From assembly GCF_003018255.1 (NCBI RefSeq), contig NZ_CP027440.1: DNA of 64,000 bases; one strand, 5' to 3'. The stretch is from Escherichia coli. Its GTDB lineage: Bacteria > Pseudomonadota > Gammaproteobacteria > Enterobacterales > Enterobacteriaceae. The notes under the pieces are model-generated. The model was not told the origin of the DNA and searched no databases. It was given only the letters and a program-made list of their open reading frames with translations. Below are positions 11,699 through 28,500 of this stretch, piece after piece. A program made the position numbers and the translations under genes. Within the stretch, counting starts at the first letter, position 1. Every line of letters begins with the position of its first letter.

Positions 11699-12028
11699 TT
11701 ATAACGGTGTTAGCCCGTATTTAGCTCTTGCACGATTGCAAGCCTCATTGACTTCTCCGTTCTCACCAGACATGGCGAATTCTCTGCATGTGGACGATCG
11801 ATTTTCATATATCGTGCAGCAGGCATTTTTGCCCGGTGTTCCTGCAAGGGCAATACATCGGGGATTTTTCTGATTAGTACCGCTCATGCATCGGTGAAAA
11901 GGGGATATTTGTTCAGTGAGCCTGGCGGGAATGGTACCGCCAGCATCGTCAGCTTCGGCCCAGTAAAAAGAGACGCGGAAAAATGCACAACAGGCACCAC
12001 ACGTCATGCATGGATTCAGATTGCTCAT
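11699..12028 (-). CDS. ykgJ: Cys-rich ferredoxin-like protein YkgJ
   Basis: 109-aa ORF with CxxC motifs (CMTCGACC). Confidence 0.8.
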   Translation of the reverse strand: MSNLNPCMTCGACCAFFRVSFYWAEADDAGGTIPARLTEQISPFHRCMSGTNQKNPRCIALAGTPGKNACCTIYENRSSTCREFAMSGENGEVNEACNRARAKYGLTPL

Positions 12029-12340
12029 AATTCACCAGTACAGCTATAAATCGTAAAGAGAACTGCGGTACGTCGTATGCAGGGATGTATCGCGGTTGGC
12101 TGGTGTACTTTCGATAGTGTGAGTATTGAATGATTTCCAGCCGTTACCGATTTTACGTCCTAATTAGTGAAGAAACCACTCGTTAGCAGGCCGCCTGGTA
12201 CCTTTCCGTGTCTCCTGAACACTGTGGTGTGCATATGAGAAAGCTCATCGTTACAGGTGACATTGACGATCGCTTCCACATCATTTAAACGATTTTTGAG
12301 TCTCTGAGGTGGAATTCTTCCCTCGTCCGATGGATAAGTC

Positions 12341-13051
12341 TTAGTCCGCCGAAGGGGGCTTAGCCGGACAGGAATCGCTAATCTTAATGAATTTGTCGTT
12401 ATAGACCAGATAATGATTCCCCGGCTGACGTAACTCAGGCTGATGAACCACGTCTCCCGGACGTAGATACCAGGCATCGCCTTCCTCTTCGGTCGAATCA
12501 CATCCTGGTTTAATCAGTAGCTTAAACCACGTGTTGCCGGTGTTACTTACCGTTCCGGTCACCTGATCGAAGGACCATTTAAACTGAACCTGACGTGGTC
12601 GTACTACCAGAATGGTATCCATCACCACCACCGGCTCCGTGCTGACCTCACCGCCGGTTGGGCTGCGTTTTGTCAGGTTACGAGTGGGGACCTCGCGAAA
12701 TGAGACCCGGTAGTAGCGCTCGCGGTTATCCCGTGGACCATGATAGTAAAATTTAAAATACTCGCTCTCACCAGTCTGCAACGCCAGCTGGCGGGGGGCG
12801 AAAAGTAGTTCACCATCCACCGGTCGGGTGCGCAATTCACTGCTGCCCGGGCTATCAATAGCACTGATGGCAATACGGTATATCCGCGCGCTTTTGTTGT
12901 TATTCACGACACGTTTGCTGACAAAGTCAGTCTCGGACGGCAGTGAAAAAGTCAGATTGCCGACCGAAATCGCCTGTGTCAAAGGTGCCGCCAGCATACA
13001 GACCACTGTCAGCAGGGCCTTAGTTAATGTTACGCCACGTCGCCTGAACAT
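12341..13051 (-). CDS. ecpE: E. coli common pilus chaperone EcpE
   Basis: 236 aa from [14 protein letters not shown] (signal peptide); overlaps ecpD 3' end. Confidence 0.85.
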   Translation of the reverse strand: MFRRRGVTLTKALLTVVCMLAAPLTQAISVGNLTFSLPSETDFVSKRVVNNNKSARIYRIAISAIDSPGSSELRTRPVDGELLFAPRQLALQTGESEYFKFYYHGPRDNRERYYRVSFREVPTRNLTKRSPTGGEVSTEPVVVMDTILVVRPRQVQFKWSFDQVTGTVSNTGNTWFKLLIKPGCDSTEEEGDAWYLRPGDVVHQPELRQPGNHYLVYNDKFIKISDSCPAKPPSAD

Positions 13052-14663
13052 GAATCTCTCCTGAAGCGCTGACTTCGCCAAACCAGCCGTTATCATCTAC
13101 CGTACGCAGAGAAATGGCGTTATCCATTGGAATCGAAAATTTGACTGTGGTCTTATCCATCTGCCCCACTTCGCCAGAGATATCAGTCCACGGTGTGGTC
13201 AACCACAGCGCATCGGTCATATCCCGCCAGCTATCATCGCACCCGGCATCGTAGGTTTTTGTAGCTCCGTTGCGGGTAATAAAGGAAAGCGTCGCCGGGA
13301 ACGGTACTTTCGCCTTACCGTCATCGGAGCTGAAGACACAATAGGAGCGCCCGCCAATCACCTGCGCGGGTCCGGTCACCTTGATCAGCACTTCGTCGGC
13401 AGCTGTTTTACCGCTGGTGGTTACGATATAGCCGAAATCGAGTGCCGACTCGCCGCTGCCAACATATCCCTCCCGCGACGGTGTCTGAGTATATTCATCG
13501 GAGATAATACTGATGCTGAAATCACGGGGTTTGATAATCAGCGTGTTGGAGGTAGAAAATTCATACCAGCCAGACTCCGGTGATGTGGTGTTCTGAAAGC
13601 GAAAGTTGAATAGATCTTTGGTGTTGATATCGCTGATCCCGAGGTTCACCATCTGTTTAAAGAAGTTGCTCGAGAAGAAAACATAGATCGAGTCTGCGCT
13701 CTTCATCTCGTTGAAGGTGTAGTAATAGGCAGTATTGCTCACCGGTTTCCATGAACTGCCATTCAGACTGAACTGCATATCGTACGCCCCGACGGCCGAG
13801 GCTAACGACGAGTTGGCGATCGCCGGGAATATATGGATTGAGGTGTTGCTGAGTCCGTTTGTTTGCAGGGTATAGTTAACCATCTTACAACTTAATCCTG
13901 AACGGCTGCCGATGGTTTGCGTCCGGCAGTCGGCGTTCCCTTCGCCCAGAGTCGGTACTCCGTCGCTGTTGATAAATACTTCCGCCAGCGAGTGGGTATT
14001 TATCAACCGCAGATTTGCTGCTTTCGTATGGGTGACGTTGCGAACATACCAGTTGCCGGAGGCCTGATCCTTACAGCGTGCGCCGCTGCTGGCGTCATAG
14101 TTCACAGAGGTCTGGCAGGCATTGATGGTCATTGTAAAGCTGCTGCCGACGGGCATTTGTTGCAGATACTGGTAAAACGCGTCTGACAACATGCCGTGCA
14201 TCCATTTCGCGCCGCCGCTGGTCACCGTCGCGCCATAAAATCCACTGGCGTCGGTGGTTTGCGGCAGGATAAGACTGGTGGTCATATTACACCCTGCGTA
14301 CCAGTTGATGCAGCGCAAGCCAGTTAAAGGAGATGAAACTGGTGAATTTTCCAGCCACATATCAAACTTCCAGTTGGTATAAAGGCCGGTGTTGTAACCG
14401 TTATCAATGTAGCCGAGGCTTTGCTGATAGATGGTTCCTGAACCATTGTATTTTAAACCGGTCCAGCGGTTGGCACCGGTCAGGCGCGGATCCAGCGCCC
14501 CGCCAGGAGTGACGAAAAAGTTGTCGTCTGAGTTGTTTTCGACAAACACAAACTCGCGTGCCGGAGCATCCGCCCAGGTTGTTTTGCTCACTGCCGCTCT
14601 GAGCGCGGTTGCAGGCCAGATTAGCGCAAAGATTATCATCGCTATCAGTAGGTTAACTCTCAT
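13020..14663 (-). CDS. ecpD: E. coli common pilus tip adhesin EcpD
   Basis: 547-aa secreted protein, position in ecp operon. Confidence 0.85.
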   Translation of the reverse strand: MRVNLLIAMIIFALIWPATALRAAVSKTTWADAPAREFVFVENNSDDNFFVTPGGALDPRLTGANRWTGLKYNGSGTIYQQSLGYIDNGYNTGLYTNWKFDMWLENSPVSSPLTGLRCINWYAGCNMTTSLILPQTTDASGFYGATVTSGGAKWMHGMLSDAFYQYLQQMPVGSSFTMTINACQTSVNYDASSGARCKDQASGNWYVRNVTHTKAANLRLINTHSLAEVFINSDGVPTLGEGNADCRTQTIGSRSGLSCKMVNYTLQTNGLSNTSIHIFPAIANSSLASAVGAYDMQFSLNGSSWKPVSNTAYYYTFNEMKSADSIYVFFSSNFFKQMVNLGISDINTKDLFNFRFQNTTSPESGWYEFSTSNTLIIKPRDFSISIISDEYTQTPSREGYVGSGESALDFGYIVTTSGKTAADEVLIKVTGPAQVIGGRSYCVFSSDDGKAKVPFPATLSFITRNGATKTYDAGCDDSWRDMTDALWLTTPWTDISGEVGQMDKTTVKFSIPMDNAISLRTVDDNGWFGEVSASGEIHVQATWRNIN

Positions 14664-17178
14664 TCTCTTCTCCTGTCTGCGTCACCGCCGCCCACGATGA
14701 GAGGCCGCTGCAGACCACATCACCGACCCAGACGGCACCGCGCGCCTGGTTGAGTTCCAGTGCCACTTCGCAGGTTTTATTGCCACTGTAGCGAAAATCG
14801 ATAGTGGGGTATTTCTTATCCACGTCCATGACAAACTCGCCGTTTTCATCGGTTCGGGTTCGGCCGATATGGTTGTTAATCCGTGCGTTAGCCAGCAGTG
14901 TGCCGTCTTCCGCACGGATACGACCGGAGACGGTAACCATCTGCTTCACCTCTGGCTCAATGACAGCGACATTGCCTGGATAGAGAGTCAGATGACTTTT
15001 GCGACCGCTGACGATATCGTAACTGTCGAGTGAGTTTTTGCTGTTCTGCAACTCCACCTCATATCTTCCATAGGGAGAGAGCGGGAGATAGTTACGCTTG
15101 CCGTTAAGCGGGAAAATCCGCCCGTTGATTTTGGCGCTGATCTGACCATCGTTCTCCAGGCCAGTGTCGAATATCACCCCAGCGTTGCCATCGGTCCGCC
15201 CGCTGGCAGCGATGTTTTTACCCTGCCAGCCGACGCTGCCGTTGGCGGTCAAATTAGTATTGATGTAGCCGTCCGCCGCGCTATTGACGTTCAGCGTTCC
15301 GCTGGCGTAACGAGCGTCGAACTGTGCATACGCCCCACCGCTGAGGGTTTTGTCATCACCGGTATCGCCGGAGATGGCTCGTGACAGATTGGCACCAACA
15401 GTGCGAATGGTTCCTTCATCAAACTGTTTGCGTGCTGACAGGTTTGCCATGGTGTAGCCGTTTTGATGGGTCATCCCTGCGCTAAACCAGTTGCCCAGTG
15501 GTAGCGAGAGATCGAGAGCGATATATTTCCCTGTATTGGCGCTGCTGTCGCCGTTGTTATAGCGCTGAATACCGGCCCGCAGGCCAAGCGAACCAAAGGT
15601 ACCGCTGTAGACACTTTGATAGTAATCTGCCGTGTAATAATGGCTGTTGTAGCGGCGGTCATCATTGTAGCTGATGCTGAACGTACCCAGCTTCGACCAC
15701 AGTGAGTTCAGGTTGAGTGTGCCGCCGATTGCACGGTTGTCGGCATCGCTACGTCGCAATTGATTGCCAATGCGGGTTTTTTCCTGGTTAACCCACAGCG
15801 AACTGAAGCCTCCAGGTAGAGTGGCGCTGATGCTGGCGATGTTGCTCCATGAGCTGTCACTGGCCAGCATGTTTTGCAGGTTAACGTTGATCGCCCCCCC
15901 AAGCGGCAGCGTCAGACGGGTTTCACCCACCGCCTGATTATCGTATCCATATCCCGTTGCCGCCCAGCTAAACGTACTCAGTGAGCCGGAGGTCGAGGCA
16001 CCTGCCAGCCAACTCTCTTTGGCTGGTCGCGTCTTTTTCCCGTTTTCCGACCAGCGATCCATATGAAAGCTACCGCCCCATATCTGCCACGCCAGCGGTG
16101 CACCGACGCCACGTCCCCGGCTAAACAGCTTATTGACCCGCTGGGTGCGTTTGCTGATCACGCGACCGTTAACGATTACCTCAACTTCCACATCGTAAAT
16201 ACCGTACGGTAGACCCCGGGTATCCACTTCATGATTGCCCATGGTGAAGTTCTGAACGCTTAGTAGCCGCCCATCACGGGTGAGATGTACTTCGCCCGCC
16301 GCCGGTAAAAAGGCGATCACTGGCGTGGCCGACTGGCTGCTGTCGAAGATGGTGGAGCTGGCCTGGTTTCCCCAGGAAAGGCCGTAAATCTTCCCTGCTG
16401 AAATGGCGGTCATCGGCCCTAAGGACTGCAAGTTCCAGGTGTCGAGCATTCCACCGGCAAATCGGTGACCAGCAAAATCGCGTTCATACATCGCTTTATA
16501 TAATTCACTGTCCTGTTGACCGCTACCAATCCCGTACAGTGAGCCGTCGAGCACCACGTGATGTTCGCGCAGCGCAGTAACGTTATTCAGCGACAGATAG
16601 CTGGAGGTGTTGCTCCCGCCGTTACGCAACTGGTTGTTATAGACGCCGAAGTTATAGCTCAGATTACTGCTGAGGGTGTTAACACTGGACTGCCCGATGT
16701 CTTCGCTACGTGAGCGTAGTACGGTGCCCAGCGCTTCGCGCTTGACCACCAGCTGCAGCAGCAGTTGGCGCAAGCTGAGATCCAACTGCGCGTTGTCAGT
16801 CAGGGGGATGGTAAGGGCCTCATTGAACGGGGCGTTGGCCAGAGTCATCAGCTGCTGTCGAGTTTGTTCGCTGACACTGGCGTTATCTTCACTCTCTTCC
16901 AGCTGTATTTTTCGGATGCGTAACTGTCCATCATCCAACCAGATAAAAGCGCTGCCGATTCGCTGATCGTCCTGGCGACCCTGGCTACCGGCGAGATGAA
17001 TATAAAGCGGGACGCTCATGCCGTCCTGGAGCGCCTGACTGAAGGCCTGCGGAATAATCACCCCACCTATTTGCTGCGCACTTATGTCAGCAGCGCTGGC
17101 ATCGGGCTGAACGAACAAAAAGACCATGCCGAAGGCAAACTGGGCTTTCAGTCCTGGGGAGAACCGTCGTAAAGGCAT
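14653..17178 (-). CDS. ecpC: E. coli common pilus usher EcpC
   Basis: 841-aa outer-membrane usher-sized ORF. Confidence 0.9.
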   Translation of the reverse strand: MPLRRFSPGLKAQFAFGMVFLFVQPDASAADISAQQIGGVIIPQAFSQALQDGMSVPLYIHLAGSQGRQDDQRIGSAFIWLDDGQLRIRKIQLEESEDNASVSEQTRQQLMTLANAPFNEALTIPLTDNAQLDLSLRQLLLQLVVKREALGTVLRSRSEDIGQSSVNTLSSNLSYNFGVYNNQLRNGGSNTSSYLSLNNVTALREHHVVLDGSLYGIGSGQQDSELYKAMYERDFAGHRFAGGMLDTWNLQSLGPMTAISAGKIYGLSWGNQASSTIFDSSQSATPVIAFLPAAGEVHLTRDGRLLSVQNFTMGNHEVDTRGLPYGIYDVEVEVIVNGRVISKRTQRVNKLFSRGRGVGAPLAWQIWGGSFHMDRWSENGKKTRPAKESWLAGASTSGSLSTFSWAATGYGYDNQAVGETRLTLPLGGAINVNLQNMLASDSSWSNIASISATLPGGFSSLWVNQEKTRIGNQLRRSDADNRAIGGTLNLNSLWSKLGTFSISYNDDRRYNSHYYTADYYQSVYSGTFGSLGLRAGIQRYNNGDSSANTGKYIALDLSLPLGNWFSAGMTHQNGYTMANLSARKQFDEGTIRTVGANLSRAISGDTGDDKTLSGGAYAQFDARYASGTLNVNSAADGYINTNLTANGSVGWQGKNIAASGRTDGNAGVIFDTGLENDGQISAKINGRIFPLNGKRNYLPLSPYGRYEVELQNSKNSLDSYDIVSGRKSHLTLYPGNVAVIEPEVKQMVTVSGRIRAEDGTLLANARINNHIGRTRTDENGEFVMDVDKKYPTIDFRYSGNKTCEVALELNQARGAVWVGDVVCSGLSSWAAVTQTGEENES

Positions 17179-17203
17179 TGTCGTTATCCATCTGCACAGC
17201 TAT

Positions 17204-17872
17204 CTATTTCACGGGAATGAACTTATCACCCTGCCAAAGTGCAACCCGTCCTTTGTTATCCGCCGTGTCCACGCGGGTAAAACGACGCGACTTGCCCGGC
17301 ATCAGGTAGTAATTCTCTTTACACTCCTTACCATTGGCGGCTTTCAGGCAGGGGCCGTAGGCGAGGATCCGCAGCGTCGCATTTCCTGTATTTGTCAGGG
17401 AGCCGTTGGCGTACTGAAAGTGGTAGTTTGCCTGGCGGGGTGCGACGACCAGAATGGTGCCGATGCGGGCGGAAGCAGTGGCCACAGCGCTGCGGTTGGC
17501 ATTATCGCGCTGCGCATCACTGAGGGCCTGATCAAACCAGACAATGCGGTAGTAGCGCTCTTTTTCATCTGCTGGTCCCTTATAGAAGAAGCGGATCACT
17601 TCGCTGGCTTGGGCGGGTAGCAGCAAGCTGGCGGGAGTGAGTAGCAACTCATCCGGCTTGTCCATTGCGATAACCTGCCCGTCGTCAAGCGGTGAAGAGA
17701 GCCGTTCGAGACGGATATTGATGAGGCGGCCACTGTCGGTACTGTTTTGGATCGTTTTGCTTAGCGTGCTGCTGTCACTGTTCATAAACGATGATATATC
17801 GCCGACATCCAGCGCCTGGGCCGGTGATATTCCGGAAAACAGCAGAGCGAGAGGCAGAAGGTGCTTTTTCAT
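17204..17872 (-). CDS. ecpB: E. coli common pilus chaperone EcpB
   Basis: 222 aa from [20 protein letters not shown]. Confidence 0.85.
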
Positions 17873-17928
17873 AACAATTCCGTCCAGGAATAAAGCAGGG
17901 GGGTACCCCTGCTGGTACATCAGAGAGA

Positions 17929-18516
17929 TTAACTGGTCCAGGTAGCGTCGAACTGTACGCTAACGTCGCCGCTCCAGATGCCTTCCGGTAGAGTGCTGTA
18001 ATCGGTTACTGCGGTGGTACCATTGGTGGTGCCGCTGATGATGGAGAAAGTGAAACCATCCTGTGCGGTGGTACGATTGCTGGCATTGTAACCGTTAGCC
18101 AGTGGGCTAAGGTTGCCGCCCAGTACGCCGTTGGCGGTATCGATCATCACGGTATCGCCAGTTTTTTCGACTGCCGCGCCGTTATAATCCACGCCCACAT
18201 TCAGTGTGGAACCTGAGGTATCCAACTGGGTTAAGGTGTTGGTGATAAGGCGTGAGGTCAGTTTAAAGGCGGTAGCCGTTGAGTCACCCTCGATAGCCAC
18301 GTCAAATAGACCTTTTTGTGAGTTAAAACCTTTAATGCCTTCGGCATACTGGAACGCCAGGCTACCGAGTGGCGTCACAACCAGCTTACTGGTGGTGTCT
18401 TTTTTGGCTGTTGCTGACCAGGTCGCTACAGCCTGAGCTGTTACGTCAGCAGCCTGCGCTACACCTGTACCGGTAAACACCGTTACCAGAGCTATTGCCA
18501 GAACCTTTTTTTTCAT
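17929..18516 (-). CDS. ecpA: E. coli common pilus major subunit EcpA (MatB)
   Basis: 195-aa [25 protein letters not shown]... Confidence 0.9.
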
Positions 18517-18589
18517 TGCTTTTCTTCCCGAGTTGAATTGAGGACATGAAGTCCCGGTGAGTCATTTTTAAAACTAACTTGCCTGGAGT

Positions 18590-19201
<612 letters not shown>

Positions 19202-19603
19202 TTACAGGTACATTCAGTTTCTTTAGTAAATCGGAAGTAAATAAGATACGTAGCACATATCAATATAGGTTAAACGAGATTAAGTTTTAATTATTTCGAT
19301 TAGGTTTAAATTTATGTTTTTTTCCTGATGAGTGTCAATATGTGAACAGAAAATGAATTCCATGGTTAAGTCAATATTTACAAAAAATGAAAATATTGCT
19401 TTTTTGATAAGAAGAAAAAGACATTCAGTTTCATAAGGTTATTGGCAATATAACGTTCAATTCTTACTTGCATTTTATATTAGCCAGGAACTTTGCCCTG
19501 AGGTGTTAGGAATAGTCTTAATGTGTTGTGTAATGGACTAGTAAAAAAACAAGTTTAAATGATAAGAAATGGAATATAAAACTATCATAAGTCATAATTA
19601 AAG

Positions 19604-19894
19604 ATGATTTGCCAATCAGTAAGGTGTTTTAATGGATTAACATGCCGCACAAAATGGTTGTGGGTGTTCATCCCAATAAGTGATGAAAAATTAAACAGGT
19701 GTAAGTACGTCATCTGTCCGGTAAGCCCCCCAAGAGCCAAATTAAGTGAAGTTAAACGAAGACTGCCAGTTGTCACAGGAACGATGGCCTCTTTGCCAGG
19801 GCACTGCATTCAGTCATCTGTACGCGTTACTCTAACTGGCACTCGAACGTCGGCGATGGGGTTACCGATGGATCTGGCCGTTCCTGTGGCGTAA
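19604..19894 (+). CDS. Small hypothetical protein (position corresponds to ykgL); start uncertain
   Basis: 96-aa ORF in the AT-rich ecpR-rpmJ2 intergenic region; no domain recognised. Confidence 0.25.
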   Translation: MICQSVRCFNGLTCRTKWLWVFIPISDEKLNRCKYVICPVSPPRAKLSEVKRRLPVVTGTMASLPGHCIQSSVRVTLTGTRTSAMGLPMDLAVPVA

Positions 19895-20215
19895 ACGTTT
19901 TTATGTCAGTACCAACAGATTTACCACATTTATCATCTTAACAGTTTGAGTGTAAATGCAGGCTGCGTCGCAAAGGGAGGAAACTGAGTGGCGTGTTCAG
20001 TCTAAAATAGAGTTGATGCCAGCATACAGGGCGCAGCTGGTCAACAAGTCAACATTAATATAATGGAATATTCGGAGAGAAACGTCAGGCAGTTGACCTT
20101 AAATTAACAGGAAGATACATCCCCAGGAAAATTAATGCTGGTGTAATAAATACACCAACATTAATCCGGTATGATTATTAATCAGACAAATATCGTTAAT
20201 TCGTCGAATTTTGAA

Positions 20216-20356
20216 TCAACGTTTTTTCTTACGACCCTGAACGGCCTTAAAACGTGGATTAGATTTACAAATCACATACAGCCGTCCTTTTCGCTTCACA
20301 ATCTGACAGTCTGGATGGCGTTCTTTTGCGGTACGCAGAGAGTTAAGGACTTTCAT
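20216..20356 (-). CDS. rpmJ2: 50S ribosomal protein L36 paralog (zinc-independent type)
   Basis: Manual minus-strand translation gives [46 protein letters not shown] (46 aa); too short for the ORF track; 1-nt overlap with rpmE2 stop. Confidence 0.9.
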   Translation of the reverse strand: MKVLNSLRTAKERHPDCQIVKRKGRLYVICKSNPRFKAVQGRKKKR

Positions 20357-20622
20357 CATGCCCCCTTTTTCGTGCTAACAAAACGACCAAAACGTTGGGT
20401 GAACCGTGCAACATTTCCTTCTGATGCCACTGTTCTCAGCTTCCCTGTATAGAACGGGTGCGATTTCGAAGAGACATCAATTGTTACGTACGGATACGTT
20501 ACGCCATCCAGCTCAATCTCACGGTCTGTTTTGATAGTCGAGCCGATTTTAAAGTACTCATCAACGCTGGTGTCGTGGAACACCACAGTACGATACTCAG
20601 GATGGATATTGGGTTTCATCAT
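20356..20622 (-). CDS. rpmE2: 50S ribosomal protein L31 paralog (type B)
   Basis: 88-aa [22 protein letters not shown]... Confidence 0.9.
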
Positions 20623-20630
20623 TTTTACCT

Positions 20631-20648
20631 GTTATGTTATAACATAAC
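20631..20648. promoter_or_regulatory. Zur box upstream of rpmE2-rpmJ2
   Basis: Perfect 18-bp palindrome GTTATGTTATAACATAAC 9 bp upstream of the rpmE2 start. Confidence 0.7.
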
Positions 20649-21565
20649 CGTAAAGATACATGCTCATCCGGATCATTTCAACACCCAATCACTGTGACTA
20701 TTTGTGGGATGTGGAATTTCCGCAACGGGGAAGTCTGGCATTGTTAGCAGCCATTGGCGACGCTCCCATAAACGCCTGGATGAGTGATTGATGATGGTTT
20801 CGCTGAGAGTATGGATTTTTCGAGAATGGAGGCTATCTCCACTTTACTGGCCGATGATTTATTGCAGCATGATTGATTACCTGACAATGTGTATTCCTCT
20901 CCCACGGATATAATAATTACTTACAAAAAAGGGAGAGGATGCATATTTTAAATATCACTGAAGTGAACAGTTTATTGCCGTTATTAATAGAAATGGAGAA
21001 ATAAATAGGCGTATTCTACAATTGCGACAAAAACAACGATATTAATCAGTTTATGACTGATTTGCTGTACTTTATTCTCTTTCATTGGTACTTCCTCGCT
21101 TTAAAAAAGAGTGCACTTCGTAAGTGCCCTTATATAAATAACGAGTTTGGTCAACCAATTTTTTGACATGTATCACAAATTTGAATAGATGTATTACATC
21201 GGCTATCTTTTATTGCCCCAACGTCATTGATATATGTCGCCTGAAATCAGTTACGGGAATGAGTCTGATCTCAAGACTGGCCCAGTCCTGGCGTTGATTG
21301 GCGCTGAGGAGCATATCGCATCTCATCGTAACGTCGTATCTCCTGGGGTGTTATACAAGATATCGTTGTAGGTAACCAGGGAGAGGAATTGAGTCTATTA
21401 AACCGTCAACTATGCCGGATACATACTGGATTACACTGCAGGCACGCCTTACGAGAGAACGTGCCGCAGTGACGGGTTAATTATCTGAAAGAATTTGCGA
21501 GGCTGTATCGGTTACTCATTGATTTGATAGTTTTACTCTCGGGAGAGTAATCGATATTTAATCCA

Positions 21566-21808
21566 TTAACGGAAACCAGCCAGTTCCTTTCGATGTCTGA
21601 ATTTCCTTGGCGTGACATAGGTATATCCTGTAATTACTAAACCAATATTTTGTGAGCGACGTTTATAATATTCGAGTTCTTGCTCAGAGATGGTTCCATC
21701 AGGATTAGCTGACCAGGTCGTCATAGGAGCCATAACGATACGATTACATGGCTTTATTTTTTCTGTCAGCATAAAAGGAGAAAACAGTGATAGGTGTTTA
21801 TTTGTCAT
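21566..21808 (-). pseudogene. N-terminal fragment of an Old Yellow Enzyme-type NADH:flavin oxidoreductase
   Basis: 80-aa ORF with IVMAPMTTW...GLVITGYTYV resembling the OYE/NemA N-terminus; truncated. Confidence 0.4.
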
Positions 21809-22101
21809 GACAATACCTCAAATGTTTATCTGATTTTGATGTGTATATTTAAACTGGTTAGTTGTTACCAGCTTTGGAACCAAGATTTTTGGCTTTGTTT
21901 TTATTTATAATTACTGTTAGTGCTTTTATTGATTTTATGGTGGAGAAAAGAGTAAAAATAGAAAGTTAATGATGTGTGTCAGAATATCGGTAAGAAGAAT
22001 GGCACAATCGTGAGGGTACGTTTATTCATAATAAATCTCCTGAAAGTTTAGAATTATTTTCGATACAGCCAGATTATCATTGTTACTAATAATGTGGTTA
22101 A

Positions 22102-24974
<2,873 letters not shown>

Positions 24975-25524
24975 TTATCGTTCATGAGAAGCATAACGTA
25001 AAGGGAAGAGCTCGATTAGACGGCAGGATTTGTCAGGGGTTATGAACAAAATTCATAAATCTGTTTGAGGGTTGAGATTAGTCGTGCAAGTTCGATATCC
25101 CCGGAATTTACAGTCCGATGAATAAAAATGAATGTCCATAAAAAATATATTGGTTTATCCCAGCGTATATACTTACTTCGACGTACTCCCAATAGCAGTT
25201 AATTAAAGACGGGTCATTATTATTCACTCTGAATAATGAATTATTCACTGCCCGCAGAGTAAGAAATATAACTTAAGTATCTATTTAATGACTTGCACAA
25301 AAAGCTAAATTTTTACCCATAAATAAAAATATAATCCCGCGCCCAACCACCTGATGAGTGGCTACAGACACTGGATATATTAGGTGGCGGTGTACTTTCT
25401 TACATAAAGGTATTTCCTTTTCTGTGGAAAAGGAAACCGGGAAATCCCCGGTTTTTCTGACAAGCAGACGCCATTATTTGTGTCTGCCTATGTTCGTTAA
25501 TTCGTTCATCAGGAAATTATCTCA

Positions 25525-28500
25525 ATGTCACGTTATAAAACAGACAATAAACAGCCACGATTTCGTTATTCAGTTCTGGCCCGCTGCGTGGCGTGGGCAA
25601 ATATCTCTGTTCAGGTTCTTTTTCCACTCGCAGTCACCTTTACGCCAGTAATGGCAGCACGTGCGCAGCATGCGGTTCAGCCACGGTTGAGCATGGAAAA
25701 TACTACGGTAACTGCTGATAATAACGTGGAGAAAAATGTCGCGTCGCTTGCCGCTAATGCCGGGACATTTTTAAGCAGTCAGCCAGATAGCGATGCGACA
25801 CGTAACTTTATTACCGGAATGGCCACCGCTAAAGCTAACCAGGAAATTCAGGAGTGGCTCGGGAAATACGGTACTGCGCGCGTCAAACTGAATGTCGATA
25901 AAGATTTCTCGCTGAAGGATTCTTCGCTGGAAATGCTTTATCCGATTTATGATACACCGACAAATATGTTGTTCACTCAGGGGGCAATACATCGTACCGA
26001 CGATCGTACTCAGTCAAATATTGGTTTTGGCTGGCGTCATTTTTCAGAAAATGACTGGATGGCGGGGGTGAATACTTTTATCGATCATGATTTATCCCGT
26101 AGTCATACCCGCATTGGTGTTGGTGCGGAATACTGGCGTGATTATTTGAAACTGAGCGCCAATGGTTATATCCGGGCTTCTGGCTGGAAAAAATCACCGG
26201 ATGTTGAGGATTATCAGGAACGCCCGGCGAATGGCTGGGATATTCGTGCTGAGGGCTATTTACCTGCCTGGCCGCAGCTTGGCGCAAGCCTGATGTATGA
26301 GCAGTATTATGGTGATGAAGTCGGGCTGTTTGGTAAAGATAAACGCCAGAAAGACCCGCATGCTATTTCTGCCGAGGTAACCTATACACCAGTGCCTCTT
26401 CTGACACTGAGCGCCGGGCATAAGCAGGGCAAGAGTGGTGAGAATGACACTCGCTTTGGCCTGGAAGTTAATTATCGGATTGGCGAACCTCTGGAAAAAC
26501 AACTCGATACAGACAGTATTCGCGAGCGTCGAATGCTGGCAGGCAGCCGCTATGACCTGGTTGAGCGTAATAACAATATCGTTCTTGAGTATCGCAAATC
26601 TGAAGTGATCCGTATTGCTCTGCCTGAGCGTATTGAAGGCAAGGGCGGCCAGACGGTTTCCCTGGGGCTTGTGGTCAGCAAAGCAACTCACGGTCTGAAA
26701 AATGTGCAATGGGAAGCGCCGTCTTTGCTGGCCGCAGGCGGAAAAATTACGGGGCAGGGCAATCAGTGGCAAGTGACGCTCCCGGCTTATCAGGCAGGCA
26801 AAGACAATTATTATGCGGTTTCAGCGATTGCCTACGATAACAAAGGCAATGCCTCGAAACGTGTGCAGACAGAAGTGGTTATTAGCGGAGCTGGTATGAG
26901 CGCCGATCGTACGGCGTTAACGCTTGACGGTCAGAGCCGTATTCAAATGCTTGCTAACGGTAATGAGCAAAAGCCGCTGGTGCTGTCTCTGCGCGACGCC
27001 GAGGGTCAGCCAGTCACGGGCATGAAAGATCAGATCAAGACTGAACTAACTTTCAAACCGGCTGGAAATATTGTGACTCGTTCTCTGAAGGCCACTAAAT
27101 CACAGGCAAAGCCAACACTGGGTGAGTTCACCGAAACTGAAGCAGGGGTGTATCAGTCTGTCTTTACTACCGGAACGCAGTCAGGTGAGGCAACGATTAC
27201 TGTTAGCGTTGATGGCATGAGCAAAACCGTCACTGCAGAACTGCGGGCCACGATGATGGATGTGGCAAACTCCACCCTGAGCGCTAACGAGCCGTCAGGT
27301 GACGTGGTTGCTGATGGTCAGCAAGCCTACACGCTGACGCTGACTGCGGTGGACTCCGAGGGTAATCCGGTGACGGGAGAAGCCAGCCGCCTGCGACTTG
27401 TTCCGCAAGACACTAATGGTGTTACCGTTGGTGCCATTTCGGAAATAAAACCAGGGGTTTACAGCGCCACGGTTTCTTCGACCCGTGCCGGAAACGTTGT
27501 TGTGCGTGCCTTCAGCGAGCAGTATCAGCTGGGCACATTACAACAAACGCTGAAGTTTGTTGCCGGGCCGCTTGATGCAGCACATTCGTCCATCACCCTG
27601 AATCCTGATAAACCGGTGGTCGGCGGTACAGTTACGGCAATCTGGACGGCAAAAGATGCCAATGACAACCCTGTAACAGGCCTCAATCCGGATGCACCGT
27701 CATTAGCGGGTGCCGCTGCTGTAGGTTCTACGGCATCGGGCTGGACAAATAATGGTGATGGGACGTGGACTGCGCAAATTACTCTCGGCTCTACGGCGGG
27801 TGAATTAGAAGTTATGCCGAAGCTAAATGGACAGGATGCGGCAGCAAACGCGGCAAAAGTAACCGTGGTGGCTGATGCATTATCTTCAAACCAGTCGAAA
27901 GTCTCTGTCGCAGAAGATCACGTAAAAGCCGGTGAAAGCACAACCGTAACGCTGGTGGCGAAAGATGCGCATGGCAACGCTATCAGTGGTCTTTCGTTGT
28001 CGGCAAGTTTGACGGGGACCGCCTCTGAAGGGGCGACCGTTTCCAGTTGGACCGAAAAAGGTGACGGTTCCTATGTTGCTACGTTAACTACAGGCGGAAA
28101 GACGGGCGAGCTTCGTGTCATGCCGCTCTTCAACGGCCAGCCTGCAGCCACCGAAGCCGCGCAGCTGACTGTTATTGCCGGAGAGATGTCATCAGCGAAC
28201 TCTACGCTTGTTGCGGACAATAAAACTCCAACGGTTAAAACGACGACGGAACTCACCTTCACCGTGAAGGATGCGTACGGGAATCCGGTCACCGGGCTGA
28301 AGCCAGATGCACCAGTGTTTAGTGGTGCCGCCAGCACGGGGAGTGAGCGTCCTTCAGTAGGAAACTGGACAGAGAAAGGTAATGGGGTCTACGTGTCGAC
28401 CTTAACGCTGGGATCTGCCGCGGGTCAGTTGTCTGTGATGCCGCGAGTGAACGGCCAAAATGCCGTTGCTCAGCCACTGGTGCTGAATGTTGCAGGTGAC

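Noticed and set aside
17126-17620. 164-aa plus-strand ORF spanning the ecpB/ecpC junction
   Set aside because: Antisense to the ecp operon genes; no independent support.
26260-26772. 170-aa minus-strand ORF, and other small ORFs inside eaeH
   Set aside because: Embedded antisense within the 1416-aa adhesin gene.
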